DNA of 64,000 bases from an uncultured bacterium (GCA_964626495.1 CAZVFT010000002.1:97-64096), one strand, 5' to 3'; positions 49,927-62,467 are shown, numbered from the stretch's first letter. Notes: generated by a model not told the origin, from the letters alone. Program-made: numbers and translations.

Positions 49927-52900
49927 CTAACTGGTAGATACTTCTTCTTTAATTTCCGCAGGAACCTCTTCCGCAACTAATTCCTCTTCAGGTATATGAA
50001 CTAAAGGATCTTTAAATTGATTAAAGCCAGTCCCAGCTGGAATAAGTTTACCCATAATGACATTCTCCTTCAATCCAATAAGGTGATCGAACTTACCTTC
50101 AGTAGAAGCATCAGTTAAAACACGGGTTGTCTCCTGAAAAGAAGCTGCAGAGATAAAACTTTCAGTATTTAACGATGCACGGGTAATCCCTAGTAACAGG
50201 GGTTGGAAAGATGCCTGTTTGGCTTTCCGGGTCTTTATCGAATCCTTCTTACCTTCTTTCAATTCCCTGTTAATAGTCCTTAACTCAGATTTGTCTATAA
50301 GGTCCCCCTCCTCGAATTCGGAATCGCCCGGATTCGTCACTACTGCCATATTTGAAACTCGAGAATTTTCCTGAAAAAGTTGAACTCTATTCACTCTATC
50401 ACCTGGGAGGAAAACTGTATCTCCATTATCTTCTACCTTTAACTTCTGCATCATCTGACGTACAATCACTTCAACATGTTTATCGTTTATTCGTACACCT
50501 TGCAAACGATACACTTCCTGGATCTCATTTACGAGGTATTCTTGAACACGCTCTGGACCGAGAATATTGAGAATATCTTTGGGGGATATAGCTCCTTCAC
50601 AAAGACGATCACCAGCACTGACCCAATCGCCTTCATGCACAATGACGTGTTTGCCATAAGGAATTTTATATTTACCCTTTTCGTCGTGAGTACCGTGAAC
50701 AATCAACTCACGGATGCCTCGTTTTGTTTTACCAAAACTTACAACACCATTTATTTCAGTAACTACTGCAGGTTCTTTTGGCTTTCTTACCTCAAATAAT
50801 TCAGCTACTCTGGGTAATCCTCCTGTAATATCCCGCGTCTTACCTATCCCCCTCGAAATTTTTACGAGAATAGTACCTGCCGATACTTTTTGTCCATCTG
50901 TTACCATTAAAATGGCTTCAACTGGTAGTATTGTCCCTCCTGATACAACATTTTTATTTTTATCTGTTATTTCAATATGTGGAGATAAGTTTCTATCTTT
51001 AGATTCAATTATTACCATTTGTATTTTTCCACTTTCTACCGCCTCCACATGGTAAGTCTCACCTTCTATCATATCAACAAACCGAACATATCCACTCTGA
51101 CGTGCGATAATTACATCTGTGTATGGATCCCATGTAAATAATACCTGTCCCACCTTTACTTTTTGACCATTTTTTACAAGAAGAATTGATCCATACGGAA
51201 CATTATAACTGGTTAGAACCTTGTCATTATCACCCATAACCTCGATCACTGCATTCCGAACAAGTACTCGATTGAGTTTACGTTTCTTCTCTGAAATATC
51301 CTCCTCATCTACAACTTTTGCACATTTTAAATTGGGTGAAAATCGAATTGTACCTTCTTTGCTGGTTACCATCTGGGATTTTTCAATAATTCTAGAAGCT
51401 GTCCCACCTATATGAAACGTCCTTAATGTAAGCTGAGTACCAGGTTCACCAATGCTTTGAGCGGCAACAATACCCACAGCAGTACCCATTGACACAAGTT
51501 TATTTGTATTCAAATCCAATCCATAACAACTACGACAAACGCCATGTTTTGCTTCACAGGTTAATACTGAACGAATAAATACTTTATCTAAACCAAGATT
51601 AGCAATTGTATCACTTACTTCATCGTCTATTGGCGTCCCCTCTTTAACCACAACTTTTCCTCGGTGAATGATATCCTCTTGTAAAACACGTCCACGAATA
51701 CGATCTCGAAGTGGTTCGATAATTTCTTCACCTTCCTTCAAATCGGAAATCCACACTCCGTTAATAGTTCTACAATCTTCGATTGTTACCACAACATCTT
51801 GAGCAACATCCACAAGACGACGCGTTAAATATCCAGCATCAGCTGTTTTCAAAGCAGTATCAGCAAGTCCTTTCCTGGCACCGTGTGTCGAAATGAAATA
51901 TTCCAATACCGATAACCCTTCTTTAAAATTTGAAGTAATAGGATTCTCGATAATTTCACCTCTTCCGCCAGTCATACTTTTTTTAGGTTTCGCCATTAAT
52001 CCACGCATAGCAGCCAGCTGTCTAATCTGATCTTGACTACCACGTGCACCTGAATCTGCCATCATAAAAACCGGATTGAACCCCTCTTGATCAGATTCTA
52101 AATGATACATCATATCAGCAGCTACCTTGTTTGTGGCATGAGTCCAAACATCGATAATCTTGTTATACCTCTCACCCTCAGTCAATATTCTTCTGTTATA
52201 CTTGGATTGAATTGATTTCACCTCTTTAGTAGCTAATTGAATACTATCCTGTTTCTCATCTGGTACCAACACATCTTCAATAGATATGGACGTCCCGCTT
52301 TTTGTAGCATAATCAAACCCAAACTTTTTAAGGTCATCTAAAAATTCAACTGTTCTGTGATTCCCAGCTTTTTCATAAGCTTCATGTATAATTTTCTCAA
52401 TTTTCTTCTTCGATATCAGCATATCAATATAATCCAGTTCATCAGGAAGAATTGAATTAAATATTGCACGTCCGACGCTGGTCTCTTTAAACCATCTATC
52501 ACCGATTTTCAGATTAATAATGGCGTGGAGACCGACGGTCCTATTTTCATATGCAAGAGCTACCTCATCAATACTGGAGAAATTCATCCCTTCCCCTTTT
52601 TCTCCTTTTTTCTTCTTGGTCAGGTAATAACAACCGAGAACCATATCTTGGGAGGGAATAGTGATCGGATTACCGTGAGCTGGATGGAGAATATTATGAG
52701 ATGAAAGCATTAACATTCTGGCTTCAAGTTGTGCTTCGGGAGAAAGAGGTACATGAATCGCCATCTGGTCTCCATCAAAATCAGCATTAAAAGCAGTACA
52801 GACTAATGGATGAATCTGGATAGCTTTTCCATCAACAAGAACTGGTTGGAATGCTTGAATACCCAAACGATGTAGAGTAGGAGCGCGATTTAACAATACT

Positions 52901-54204
52901 GGATGATCTCTCACTACGTATTCAAGAACATCATACACCTGAGGCGACTTTTGTTCAACTAACAGTTTCCCACCCCTTGGGGTTTTTGCATAACCCCTAA
53001 CTATCAACTCATGGATTAAATGAGGTTTGAAGAGTTCAATGGCAATATCTTTCGGAAGGCCACATTCATGCAATTTTAGGCGCGGACCCACCACAATAAC
53101 AGACCGCCCCGAATAATCCACTCGTTTACCCAAGAGGTTCTGACGGAATCGCCCCTGTTTACCTCTAAGCATATCGCTTAAGCTCTTCAGAGGTCTTCGG
53201 GTTCCGCTGCTAAGTGCAGTTCCACGACGGGTATTATCCAAAAGTGTATCTACAGCTTCTTGAAGCATACGTTTTTCATTCCTAAGAATGACATCCGGTG
53301 CCTGAATCCCCATCAACTGTTTCAACCGATTGTTTCTAATTATGACTCGCCGGTAAAGATCATTGAGATCACTGGCTGCAAATCGTCCACCTTCCAATGG
53401 TACAAGAGGTCTCAATTCTGGAGGTATTACCGGAAGTACACTAATAACCATCCATTCAGGACGATTAACTCGTCTTTCATCTGGACTGGGATAGAATGCT
53501 TTAACTACTTTTAAGCGTTTTAAAGCATCTGAACGTTTCTGGCGAGATCGCGAGGTCTTAATCGTATGCTCAAGCTCTTTTATTAGAGAATAAATATTAA
53601 GGGTTCTAAAAGCATCTATAATGGCTTCCCCACCCATCGCAGCATAAAAATAATTTTCTTCATCATGATCTTCCTCACTAACGGTATCTTTCCCAAATTG
53701 AGCTTCCAGTTCTAAAAATTCAAGTTCATTAATCAAGTCAAACTTCTTTTGCTTGGATGCACCAGGATTAATAACAATATAATCCTCATAATAAATTACC
53801 TTCTCGATTTCACGGGTAGGAATGCCCAAAAGATGACTTATTTTCCCGGGAATTGATCTCAAATACCAAATATGGACTACCGGTACAGCGAGGGTAATAT
53901 GTCCCACACGTTCTCTACGTACTCTCCGTCGTGTCACTTCAACACCACAACGGTCGCAGATAATGCTTCTGTAACGAATTCCTTTGTACTTCCCGCAATG
54001 ACACTCATAATCTTTCACAGGACCAAATATCTTCTCACAGAATAATCCGTCTTTCTCTGGCTTATATGATCGGTAATTAATAGTTTCTGGTTTCAACACT
54101 TCACCATAAGACCTATTCAGAATCTCCTCAGGAGAAGTGAGTCCAATAGATACAGCCGTGAAATCTCGGCTTGTATCAATTTTGGGCGGTTTTATGTATA
54201 CCAA
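49927..54204 (-). CDS. rpoC: DNA-directed RNA polymerase subunit beta'
   Basis: 1425 aa; zinc-ribbon CHCGKY...CDRCG, catalytic [10 protein letters not shown]. Confidence 0.97.
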   Translation of the reverse strand: MVYIKPPKIDTSRDFTAVSIGLTSPEEILNRSYGEVLKPETINYRSYKPEKDGLFCEKIFGPVKDYECHCGKYKGIRYRSIICDRCGVEVTRRRVRRERVGHITLAVPVVHIWYLRSIPGKISHLLGIPTREIEKVIYYEDYIVINPGASKQKKFDLINELEFLELEAQFGKDTVSEEDHDEENYFYAAMGGEAIIDAFRTLNIYSLIKELEHTIKTSRSRQKRSDALKRLKVVKAFYPSPDERRVNRPEWMVISVLPVIPPELRPLVPLEGGRFAASDLNDLYRRVIIRNNRLKQLMGIQAPDVILRNEKRMLQEAVDTLLDNTRRGTALSSGTRRPLKSLSDMLRGKQGRFRQNLLGKRVDYSGRSVIVVGPRLKLHECGLPKDIAIELFKPHLIHELIVRGYAKTPRGGKLLVEQKSPQVYDVLEYVVRDHPVLLNRAPTLHRLGIQAFQPVLVDGKAIQIHPLVCTAFNADFDGDQMAIHVPLSPEAQLEARMLMLSSHNILHPAHGNPITIPSQDMVLGCYYLTKKKKGEKGEGMNFSSIDEVALAYENRTVGLHAIINLKIGDRWFKETSVGRAIFNSILPDELDYIDMLISKKKIEKIIHEAYEKAGNHRTVEFLDDLKKFGFDYATKSGTSISIEDVLVPDEKQDSIQLATKEVKSIQSKYNRRILTEGERYNKIIDVWTHATNKVAADMMYHLESDQEGFNPVFMMADSGARGSQDQIRQLAAMRGLMAKPKKSMTGGRGEIIENPITSNFKEGLSVLEYFISTHGARKGLADTALKTADAGYLTRRLVDVAQDVVVTIEDCRTINGVWISDLKEGEEIIEPLRDRIRGRVLQEDIIHRGKVVVKEGTPIDDEVSDTIANLGLDKVFIRSVLTCEAKHGVCRSCYGLDLNTNKLVSMGTAVGIVAAQSIGEPGTQLTLRTFHIGGTASRIIEKSQMVTSKEGTIRFSPNLKCAKVVDEEDISEKKRKLNRVLVRNAVIEVMGDNDKVLTSYNVPYGSILLVKNGQKVKVGQVLFTWDPYTDVIIARQSGYVRFVDMIEGETYHVEAVESGKIQMVIIESKDRNLSPHIEITDKNKNVVSGGTILPVEAILMVTDGQKVSAGTILVKISRGIGKTRDITGGLPRVAELFEVRKPKEPAVVTEINGVVSFGKTKRGIRELIVHGTHDEKGKYKIPYGKHVIVHEGDWVSAGDRLCEGAISPKDILNILGPERVQEYLVNEIQEVYRLQGVRINDKHVEVIVRQMMQKLKVEDNGDTVFLPGDRVNRVQLFQENSRVSNMAVVTNPGDSEFEEGDLIDKSELRTINRELKEGKKDSIKTRKAKQASFQPLLLGITRASLNTESFISAASFQETTRVLTDASTEGKFDHLIGLKENVIMGKLIPAGTGFNQFKDPLVHIPEEELVAEEVPAEIKEEVSTS

Positions 54205-54221
54205 TTATTTTCCTCCACCTA

Positions 54222-57200
54222 TTAATGTAATTCTACATTAACACCCAATCCTTGAAGTTCCTTCACTAATACGTTAAAAGATTCTGGAACCCCAAAGGTT
54301 GGTATATTTTCACCTCTTACTATGGCATTATAGACCTTCGAACGACCTTCAACATCGTCAGATTTTACTGTGAGTATTTCTCTTAAGGCATTTGACGCAC
54401 CATATGCTTCAAGTGCCCAAACTTCCATCTCACCAAAACGTTGTCCTCCGAATTGAGCTTTACCCCCCAATGGTTGTTGTGTGATGAGGGAGTAAGGACC
54501 TGTAGATCGAGCGTGCATTTTATCATCGACCATATGGTTTAATTTCATCATATATATCTTACCTACTGTCACAGGATAATCGAACTTTTCACCGGTTTTT
54601 CCATCATAAAGCTCAACCTTAGATCCTTGGGGAATATTAGCCTTTTTTAATTCCTCTTCAACCTGTATTGGGGTTGCTCCATCAAATGCTGGGGTCTCAT
54701 ATGAAACACCAAGTTTTTCTCCAGCCCAGCCAAGCATCGTTTCATATAATTGACCAAGATTCATACGGGAAGGTACTCCAAGAGGATTAAGAACGATATC
54801 CACTGGAGTTCCATTAGCCAAAAATGGCATATCTTCTTCAGGAATAACCACAGAAACAACCCCCTTATTTCCATGACGTCCAGCCATCTTGTCACCTACC
54901 TGGAGTTTCCGTTTACTCGCAATGTTTACTTTTGCTAGTTTTAGAACTCCTGGTTGAAGTTCATCACCTACTTGAAGTTTATAAATCTCCCGCTCAAGAT
55001 TATCTTCAACCCTCTTCCATTCTCTGTTGAAAGAATTCCATACCCCTTCAATTTGGACCCAAACATTTCTATCAACTACCCAAGGTTTCTCCCGTTTAAT
55101 TCTCTCATAATCGAGAGCTTTCAACCTTTTTTTCGTAAGATTTGTAGAAGCTTTAATAATAGTCTTGCTCGTAGCTTTATCTCTTAATCCAGCTGAAGTC
55201 TGATTCTCCATTAGCTGTTTTAATCGTTTGTCTCTCTTTCTCTTTAGCTGTTTTTTAGCTTTTTTGACATCTTCTTGAAGTTGTGCAATAATTTTACGTT
55301 CCTGTACACGTGATCCCTTTCTCTTTCTCTCAAAAAGTCTTGTCCTGGTCACCACACCATCAATACCGTGTTCAGCTTTTTTGGATGCATCCTTAACATC
55401 CCCAGCTTTTTCACCAAAAATAGCCCTTAATAGCTTCTCTTCAGGAGTGGGATCTGTCTCACCTTTTGGCGTTACCTTCCCAACAATAATATCACCTGGC
55501 TTTACCCTGGCTCCAACACGGATAACCCCATTTTCATCAAGATCTTTTGTGTTTTCTTCACTCACATTAGGGATTTCACTAGTAAGTTCCTCTTCACCCC
55601 GTTTTGTATCTCGAACCTCAAGCTCTATTTCTGAAACAGTCACCGAGGTGAATATATCGTCTTTTACCAACCGTTCATTGACGACAATAGCATCTTCAAA
55701 ATTATAACCCCACCACGGCATAAATGCGACAGTTAGATTCCTCCCCAGTGCCAGCTCCCCATTCTTAACAGCAGTTCCATCAGCTAAAAGATCGCCAATT
55801 TTTACCTTTTGTCCTTCACTAACAACTGGTCTTTGATCAATACAGGTATCCTGGTTGGAACGGCGGTATTTCTTTAAAGAAATGTAAATTAAATTTTCCT
55901 CATGTGTAGTTATATCATCAGGAATATTGTCAGATCGAATAACAATCTTCTGCGCATCCACAGATTGAACAACACCTTCTACTTGTGAATAGATCGTTCC
56001 CCTGGAATCATGTACTATTACTTTTTCCATACCCGTTCCAACTATGGGCGCTTCCGGATTCAGTAATGGTACAGCCTGACGTTGCATATTTGAGCCCATC
56101 AGGGCACGATTTGCATCATCATGTTCTAAAAACGGAATAAGGGAAGCAGCTACACTTAAAACCTGTTGAGGAACTACATCCATATACTGGATTTCCTCAG
56201 GATTAACAATTGGAAAATCACCCTTAATCCTTGCTCTTACTTGTGATTCTACAATTTTACCTTTTTCGTCAACGGCAATATTGGGCTGCGCTATAACTGA
56301 TCTATCCTCATCTTCAGCGGAAAGGTATTTTATTTCCCGGGTAACAAAAGCATCTTTGTCATTTTGATGTTTTATAACTCTATAAGGAGCCTCAATGAAT
56401 CCCAGATCATTCACATCTGCAAACATCGCAAGAGACGAGATTAGACCAATATTAGGACCTTCTGGTGTTTCAATTGGACAGAGACGACTATAATGTGTGT
56501 AATGAACATCACGCACTTCAAAACCAGCCCGCTCTCGAGTTAATCCCCCAGGACCGAGAGCAGAAACTCTCCGTTTGTGAGTGATCTCAGCCAAAGGATT
56601 TGTTTGGTCCATAAATTGGCTCAACTGGCTGGTACCAAAAAATGTGTTAATTACTGTCGTGACAACTCTTGAATTAATAAGATCTTGAGGCGTTAAACTC
56701 TCAACCTCCCTTAAATTCATCCTTTCCCGTACGTTTCGAATCATACGAGTCATAGCGATCATAAATTGATTGGTCAATTGCTCACAAACCGTTTTCATCC
56801 TGCGATTACCCAGATGGTCAATATCGTCAGGTCCTCGTTTACCCATTCGCATTTCAATAAGATATTGAATAATCATAGTAAGATCATCCGTGGTCAGAAT
56901 TGTGTTATCAAGAGGAACATTCAAATCAAACTGCTTATTAATACGATATCGTCCAACCTTACCAAGATCATAACGTTTGGGACTGAAAAACATTCTCTCA
57001 ATAAATTTCTGAGCTGTTTCCAGATTTGGAGGTTCACCAGAACGTATATGTTTATACATTAATCTAAGTGCCTCTTCCATATTTTTCGTGGGATCCTTCT
57101 TCATCGTATTAGCAAATATTTCCGCTGCTAATTCGTCATTAACTCGAGCTACCTCAATGGTCTTAGTTGAGGTTTTTTTAAGTTCCTCCAAGAGTTCTAC

Positions 57201-57998
57201 AGTAACTTCAGCCCCATCCTCACAAAAAATTTCTCCTGTTTCCACATCAATAACATCATTGGCTACTCTTGCACCTATAAATTTTTCAGCAGCTTTTGAT
57301 TTTATATTGACATTTTTAATCAAATTAAAAGCACGAAAAATATCTGCATTACTGGAAAATCCTAATGCTCTAAGGAGTGTGGTCACAGGAAATTTTCTTC
57401 TCCGATCAATAATGACAAAAATACAATCAGCAATATCGGTAGTAAAATCGACCCATGATCCACGCGATGGTATCACACGTGCTTGAAACAACTTTGTCCC
57501 ATTTGGATGAATATGCTCATCAAAAAACACACCAGGAGATCGCTGTAACTGATTAACTATAACCCTTTCAGCCCCATTTATAATGAATGTTCCTCTTTCA
57601 GTCATATGGGGTAGATTACCAAAATATACATCCTGTTCGATACTTTGAGCATATTTTGATTTATCATATTCATCGGTCAGATGGAGAATTAGCCGAACTT
57701 TTAATGGGACAGAATATGTAACCCCCCGTTCTATACACTCATCTGGACTATATTTAGGAAGCCCTAAATAGTAATTTTTATATTCAAGAATGTAATTTTT
57801 ATGATTATCCTCGATGGGAAATGCATTACGAAAAACCTGTTCCAGTCCGATAAGTTCGCGTTTATCTTCTTTTATATCTTCTTGGGTGAATTGTTTAAAA
57901 GATCTAACCTGTACATCAAGAAGATCCGGCATATCTATAATGCTCTTGATATTAGCAAACGATTGTCTTTTTAATTTATATTTTGAATTTGGTGTCAA
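54222..57998 (-). CDS. rpoB: DNA-directed RNA polymerase subunit beta
   Basis: 1258 aa; GDKMAGRHGNKGV, FGEMEVWALEAYGA. Confidence 0.97.
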   Translation of the reverse strand: MTPNSKYKLKRQSFANIKSIIDMPDLLDVQVRSFKQFTQEDIKEDKRELIGLEQVFRNAFPIEDNHKNYILEYKNYYLGLPKYSPDECIERGVTYSVPLKVRLILHLTDEYDKSKYAQSIEQDVYFGNLPHMTERGTFIINGAERVIVNQLQRSPGVFFDEHIHPNGTKLFQARVIPSRGSWVDFTTDIADCIFVIIDRRRKFPVTTLLRALGFSSNADIFRAFNLIKNVNIKSKAAEKFIGARVANDVIDVETGEIFCEDGAEVTVELLEELKKTSTKTIEVARVNDELAAEIFANTMKKDPTKNMEEALRLMYKHIRSGEPPNLETAQKFIERMFFSPKRYDLGKVGRYRINKQFDLNVPLDNTILTTDDLTMIIQYLIEMRMGKRGPDDIDHLGNRRMKTVCEQLTNQFMIAMTRMIRNVRERMNLREVESLTPQDLINSRVVTTVINTFFGTSQLSQFMDQTNPLAEITHKRRVSALGPGGLTRERAGFEVRDVHYTHYSRLCPIETPEGPNIGLISSLAMFADVNDLGFIEAPYRVIKHQNDKDAFVTREIKYLSAEDEDRSVIAQPNIAVDEKGKIVESQVRARIKGDFPIVNPEEIQYMDVVPQQVLSVAASLIPFLEHDDANRALMGSNMQRQAVPLLNPEAPIVGTGMEKVIVHDSRGTIYSQVEGVVQSVDAQKIVIRSDNIPDDITTHEENLIYISLKKYRRSNQDTCIDQRPVVSEGQKVKIGDLLADGTAVKNGELALGRNLTVAFMPWWGYNFEDAIVVNERLVKDDIFTSVTVSEIELEVRDTKRGEEELTSEIPNVSEENTKDLDENGVIRVGARVKPGDIIVGKVTPKGETDPTPEEKLLRAIFGEKAGDVKDASKKAEHGIDGVVTRTRLFERKRKGSRVQERKIIAQLQEDVKKAKKQLKRKRDKRLKQLMENQTSAGLRDKATSKTIIKASTNLTKKRLKALDYERIKREKPWVVDRNVWVQIEGVWNSFNREWKRVEDNLEREIYKLQVGDELQPGVLKLAKVNIASKRKLQVGDKMAGRHGNKGVVSVVIPEEDMPFLANGTPVDIVLNPLGVPSRMNLGQLYETMLGWAGEKLGVSYETPAFDGATPIQVEEELKKANIPQGSKVELYDGKTGEKFDYPVTVGKIYMMKLNHMVDDKMHARSTGPYSLITQQPLGGKAQFGGQRFGEMEVWALEAYGASNALREILTVKSDDVEGRSKVYNAIVRGENIPTFGVPESFNVLVKELQGLGVNVELH

Positions 57999-58095
57999 AC
58001 CAGATCCTCCAAATTGATTTTATCTCATTCTAGGAAAAGCATTCCTTAACTCATAAAGTTACCATTATGTAAGAAAAAGATACCTGATTCATTGC

Positions 58096-58494
58096 CTACT
58101 TCAGTTCGACGCTCGCTCCGACTTCTTCCAGCTTACTCTTAATTCCTTCAGCTTCTTCCTTCAACAAACCTTCCTTTACGGCTTTAGGTGCACTTTCAAC
58201 AAAGTCCTTAGCTTCCTTTAGTCCAAGGTCAGTAACTTCTCGTACCACCTTAATCACCTGAATCTTCTTATCTCCCACTGCCGATAGGATGACATCAAAG
58301 CTAACTTTCTCCTCACCAGCTTCTTCTTCGCCAGCAGTAGCGGAACCGGCAGCTGCAACAGCAATTGGGGCTGAAGCAGTAACTCCAAACTTCTCCTCAA
58401 TCTCGGAAATAAGTTCAGATATCTCAAGCATATTGGCTGTTTCCAAGTATTTAAGAACGTCATCACGTGACGTTTTTGTCGCTTTAGTCGCCAT
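58096..58494 (-). CDS. rplL: 50S ribosomal protein L7/L12
   Basis: Ala/Glu-rich hinge and C-terminal [19 protein letters not shown]. Confidence 0.95.
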   Translation of the reverse strand: MATKATKTSRDDVLKYLETANMLEISELISEIEEKFGVTASAPIAVAAAGSATAGEEEAGEEKVSFDVILSAVGDKKIQVIKVVREVTDLGLKEAKDFVESAPKAVKEGLLKEEAEGIKSKLEEVGASVELK

Positions 58495-58515
58495 TTTCAG
58501 TTTCCTCCTGATACT

Positions 58516-59034
58516 CTATGTTTGTTTCGTTTCTTTAATGCTGCTCAATACGTTTAACAGTTTCGATATAGGACTGCTAATCGTAGTTACAAACTTTGTT
58601 ATAGGTGAATTTAATCCACCAACCAGTTTTGACAGCAATACTTCTCTTGAAGGCAAATTGGAAATCTTCTCAAACAAAGATTTGTCCATAAATTCTCCTT
58701 CAAAAATAAGTGCTTTTAACTCTGGTAAATCGTGTTCTTTCTTAAATTCTTTTAAAACTCTAGCAGGTGTCGTTGGATCTTGATATGAAAATGCAATAGC
58801 TGTGGGACCTCTAAAAATATCTTCTAACTCTTTTATCTTGAAATCTTTAGAAGCAAGTTTCATCAATGTATTTTTTACAACAAGATATTCAACCCCTTCA
58901 CTGTAAAACTTCTTTCGAAGATCTGTAACCTCAGAAACATTTAATCCCATAAAATCAGTAAAATATACTCCAGTGGCATTCTCAAACTTCTCTTTCATAG
59001 CAGCTACAACTTCAATATTATATTCTGATGGCAT
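58516..59034 (-). CDS. rplJ: 50S ribosomal protein L10
   Basis: 172 aa; position between rplA and rplL; L10-like sequence. Confidence 0.92.
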   Translation of the reverse strand: MPSEYNIEVVAAMKEKFENATGVYFTDFMGLNVSEVTDLRKKFYSEGVEYLVVKNTLMKLASKDFKIKELEDIFRGPTAIAFSYQDPTTPARVLKEFKKEHDLPELKALIFEGEFMDKSLFEKISNLPSREVLLSKLVGGLNSPITKFVTTISSPISKLLNVLSSIKETKQT

Positions 59035-59044
59035 TGTTTACCTA

Positions 59045-59731
59045 TTAGACTGTTGTTTTATTTATCTTTACACCGGGTCCCATCGTTGATGAAATGGTTA
59101 ATTTTTTAAAATATGTTCCTTTCACAGCCGACGGCTTTATTCTCCTAAGCAGGCTAATCACTGTTTTTATATTTTCAATAAGTTGTTCATTTTCAAAGGA
59201 ACATTTCCCAACTGGAGCATGAATTACTCCATATTTATCTACCCGCAGTTCAATACGACCAGCTTTAATCTCTTTTACTGCATTACCCACCTGAGGTGTA
59301 ACCGTCCCACTTTTGGGATTTGGCATCAGTCCTTTAGGACCAAGAATTTTACCAAGTCTTCCTACTTTGGGCATCATATCCGGTGAGGCAATAATAACAT
59401 CTGCATCAGTCCATCCACCCTGTAGCATTTGAATAAAATCATCATCACCAACAAAATCAGCTCCGTTATCCTTTGCCTCTTTGGCTGCTGAACCTTTTGC
59501 CAAAACCAATACTTTCACCTCTTTACCAGTACCATAAGGTAATGAAGTGGTTACTCGAATGTTTTGGTCTGCATGCCGTGGATCCACACCAAGATTAACT
59601 GATATCTCCACGGTCTCATTAAATTTAGCAGAAGTGTTTTCCTTCACAAAGGTAACTGCATCTTCCAGTGAATATTGCCGACGCCTATCCAGTTTATTTA
59701 ATACTGTTCTATATTTTTTACCGTGCTTCAT
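59045..59731 (-). CDS. rplA: 50S ribosomal protein L1
   Basis: MKHGKKYR...; LGPKGLMPNPKSGTVT. Confidence 0.96.
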   Translation of the reverse strand: MKHGKKYRTVLNKLDRRRQYSLEDAVTFVKENTSAKFNETVEISVNLGVDPRHADQNIRVTTSLPYGTGKEVKVLVLAKGSAAKEAKDNGADFVGDDDFIQMLQGGWTDADVIIASPDMMPKVGRLGKILGPKGLMPNPKSGTVTPQVGNAVKEIKAGRIELRVDKYGVIHAPVGKCSFENEQLIENIKTVISLLRRIKPSAVKGTYFKKLTISSTMGPGVKINKTTV

Positions 59732-59746
59732 AAATTATTCAATTTC

Positions 59747-60169
59747 TTATTCGACCTCAACTCCCATACTCCTCGCTGTTCCTCGAATCATTTCTGTCGC
59801 TGTTTCAATGGAATTTGCATTTAGGTCTGGCATCTTCGTTTCAGCAATAGATCGAATATCCGCTTCCGATATCTTCCCAACTTTCTCTCGATTTGGCTCA
59901 CCAGAACCTTTACTAATTCCTGCAGCTTTCTTAATCAAGACAGCAGCAGGTGGGGTCTTGGTTACAAATGTAAAGGAACGATCCTGATATACTGTGATCA
60001 CTACAGGAATAATCGTCCCTCTGTTTTCCTTCGTTCGCTCATTAAATAATTTACAGAAATCCATAATATTCACACCATGTTGACCTAAAGCAGGACCTAC
60101 TGGTGGTGCAGGATTTGCTTGACCTGCAGGTATTTGAAGTTTCAGTGTTGTTCTAATCTTTTTTGCCAT
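59747..60169 (-). CDS. rplK: 50S ribosomal protein L11
   Basis: [32 protein letters not shown]. Confidence 0.97.
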   Translation of the reverse strand: MAKKIRTTLKLQIPAGQANPAPPVGPALGQHGVNIMDFCKLFNERTKENRGTIIPVVITVYQDRSFTFVTKTPPAAVLIKKAAGISKGSGEPNREKVGKISEADIRSIAETKMPDLNANSIETATEMIRGTARSMGVEVE

Positions 60170-60177
60170 TGCTATTC

Positions 60178-60705
60178 TTACTTTTCTTTTTCTACCTGGA
60201 GATAATCTAGCTCAACAGGAGTTGGACGCCCAAAAATTGAGACAGTCACCTTAACTTTCTGTTTTTCTTCATTCACATCATGAACAAATCCAGTAAAATC
60301 GATAAATGGTCCATCAATCACTTTTATAGCATCACCTGTTTTGAACTTAGTCCCAATTACTTCACGACCATCCAAACTTTCTACCTCGCCGAGTATACGT
60401 TTTACCTCCTCATCTCTTAACGGGTGAGGGTTGTCTTTGGAACCAATAAAATTGATAACACCAGCGATATTTTCAATATAATATTTTGTCTCATTCGTAA
60501 GTGTCATATTTATCAGTAAATAACCGGGGTAAAATAATTTTTCTTTCACTCTTTTTTTACCATCTCTCATCTCAATAACATTCTCAGAAGGAACAAGTAT
60601 ATCTCCAATAAAATCCGCTAGATTATTATGTTCTGCCTCGCGAAGTACTGCTTCCCTTATCTTTTTTTCCCTACCGGAAATAACTCTAACTGAATACCAA
60701 TCCAT
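60178..60705 (-). CDS. nusG: Transcription termination/antitermination factor NusG
   Basis: [16 protein letters not shown] domain, KOW ([14 protein letters not shown]); start placed at Met-6, 1 nt after the secE stop. Confidence 0.93.
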   Translation of the reverse strand: MDWYSVRVISGREKKIREAVLREAEHNNLADFIGDILVPSENVIEMRDGKKRVKEKLFYPGYLLINMTLTNETKYYIENIAGVINFIGSKDNPHPLRDEEVKRILGEVESLDGREVIGTKFKTGDAIKVIDGPFIDFTGFVHDVNEEKQKVKVTVSIFGRPTPVELDYLQVEKEK

Positions 60706-60706
60706 A

Positions 60707-60898
60707 TTACAAAACCACATTTACAATTTTTGAAAGAATTTGATCAATTATGAATAAAAATATACACAGCATAAGAGAAAGAGAAAGTACCACAAGTGTA
60801 GATCCTCTAAGTTCATCCCAGTTAGGCCAGGATACTTTCTTCAGCTCAAACTGAACACTGCTTAGAAACTGACTGATTTTTTTAAATATCTTAAACAT
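60707..60898 (-). CDS. secE: Preprotein translocase subunit SecE
   Basis: 63 aa from MFKIFKK...; ELKKVSWPNWDEL plus a single TM; the longer tracked ORF would overlap tRNA-Trp. Confidence 0.88.
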   Translation of the reverse strand: MFKIFKKISQFLSSVQFELKKVSWPNWDELRGSTLVVLSLSLMLCIFLFIIDQILSKIVNVVL

Positions 60899-60916
60899 CT
60901 TTCTTAAAACGATCTG

Positions 60917-60989
60917 CAGGTGAGGCAGGACTTGAACCCGCAACCACCGGTTTTGGAGACCGGGGCTCTACCAATTGAGCTACTCACCT
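60917..60989 (-). tRNA. tRNA-Trp (CCA)
   Basis: 73-nt cloverleaf: AGGTGAG/CTCACCT acceptor, anticodon loop CTCCAAA, T-loop TTCAAGT. Confidence 0.9.
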
Positions 60990-61067
60990 AATTCCTCCAA
61001 AAAAATGCGGGGATACCAACCTTCCACGAATTGAATTACTCATTCAAATACCACCAAAATTTCTATT

Positions 61068-61232
61068 TTACCGAGTTTCCTTAAAAATCACATGCTTTTT
61101 TGCAACAGGATCGTACTTTTTATATTCTACACGCTCAGGATGATTTTGCTTATTTTTTGTGGTAGTATATCTATATCCTGTACCTGCAGTACTTTGCAAT
61201 GTTATCGTTGTTCTTTTACTCCTTCCAGCCAA
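61068..61232 (-). CDS. rpmG: 50S ribosomal protein L33 (Cys-less form, TTG start)
   Basis: Not in the ORF track. Hand translation gives (M)[53 protein letters not shown]; SD GGAG lies upstream. Confidence 0.88.
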   Translation of the reverse strand: MAGRSKRTTITLQSTAGTGYRYTTTKNKQNHPERVEYKKYDPVAKKHVIFKETR

Positions 61233-62442
61233 TTTGATTCTCCTTACTCAAGAATACCCGTAACAACTCCAGCTCCAACAGTGTGACCACCCTCACGAAT
61301 CGCAAACCTCAACTCCTGCTCCATCGCTATCGGGGTTATCAACTCTACTTTAACGTTTACATTATCCCCTGGCATCACCATCTCTACTCCCTCTGTCAAA
61401 CTCACTACACCTGTCACATCCGTCGTTCGAAAATAAAACTGAGGCCGATATCCCTCAAAAAAGGGCGTGTGACGACCTCCCTCCTCCTTCTTCAATACAT
61501 ATACCTTCGCCTCAAACTTCGTGTGGGGCGTGATACTCCCTACTGCCGATATTACCTGACCTCGCTTTAAATCATCCTTATCAACTCCCCTCAACAATAA
61601 ACCAGCATTATCTCCTGCCTGTCCCTCATCCAATATCTTACGAAACATCTCTACTCCTGTCACTACCGTCTTACTCGTCTCTCCTAATCCAACTATCTCT
61701 ACCGAATCACCTACCTTTATTATTCCTCGCTCTATCCTACCCGTTCCTACCGTACCCCGGCCCGTAATACTGAATACATCCTCAACCGGCATCAAAAATG
61801 GCTTGTCTATATCTCGCTCCGGCTCCGGTATGTAACTGTCTATCGCTTCCAATAACTCCACTATACACCGTGTCAACTCCTCATCCTCCGGATTGCTCAA
61901 AGCCTCCAACGCACTACCCTGGATTATCGGTATCTCATCACCAGGAAAATTGTACTCATCCAATAACTCACGTAACTCCAACTCCACTAACTCCAGTAAC
62001 TCCGGATCATCCACCTGATCCGTCTTGTTCATAAATACCACAATAGCCGGTACATTTACCTGACGGGCTAATAATACATGCTCTCGTGTCTGGGGCATTG
62101 GACCATCTGCCGCCGATACTACCAATACAGACCCATCCATCTGTGCCGCTCCCGTTATCATATTCTTGATGTAATCTGCATGACCCGGACAATCTATATG
62201 TGCATAATGACGATTATCCGTCTCATACTCCACATGTGCCGTCTGTATCGTTAACCCTCGCTCACGCTCCTCAGGAGCACTATCAATACTATCAAACGTA
62301 CGAGCCTCTGCTAAACCACGCTTGCTTAAAAATAACGTCATCGCTGCTGTCAATGTCGTCTTACCATGATCTACATGACCTATCGTCCCTATATTTAAGT
62401 GAGGTTTCGTCCTCGAAAATTTCTCCTTTGCCATTGTGCTAT
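61224..62442. repeat. 1219-bp duplicated segment (tuf plus both flanks), copy 2
   Basis: See copy 1 at 45722-46940. Confidence 0.85.
61244..62434 (-). CDS. tuf: Elongation factor Tu, copy 2 (tRNA-tuf-rpmG-secE copy)
   Basis: Protein 100% identical to the copy at 45742-46932. Confidence 0.97.
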   Translation of the reverse strand: MAKEKFSRTKPHLNIGTIGHVDHGKTTLTAAMTLFLSKRGLAEARTFDSIDSAPEERERGLTIQTAHVEYETDNRHYAHIDCPGHADYIKNMITGAAQMDGSVLVVSAADGPMPQTREHVLLARQVNVPAIVVFMNKTDQVDDPELLELVELELRELLDEYNFPGDEIPIIQGSALEALSNPEDEELTRCIVELLEAIDSYIPEPERDIDKPFLMPVEDVFSITGRGTVGTGRIERGIIKVGDSVEIVGLGETSKTVVTGVEMFRKILDEGQAGDNAGLLLRGVDKDDLKRGQVISAVGSITPHTKFEAKVYVLKKEEGGRHTPFFEGYRPQFYFRTTDVTGVVSLTEGVEMVMPGDNVNVKVELITPIAMEQELRFAIREGGHTVGAGVVTGILE

Positions 62443-62467
62443 TCCTCCTATTTATATCAGTTAACTG

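Noticed and set aside
60899-60943. N-terminal 15 codons of the tracked secE ORF
   Set aside because: This part would overlap tRNA-Trp (60917-60989). The internal Met at 60898 gives a normal 63-aa SecE.
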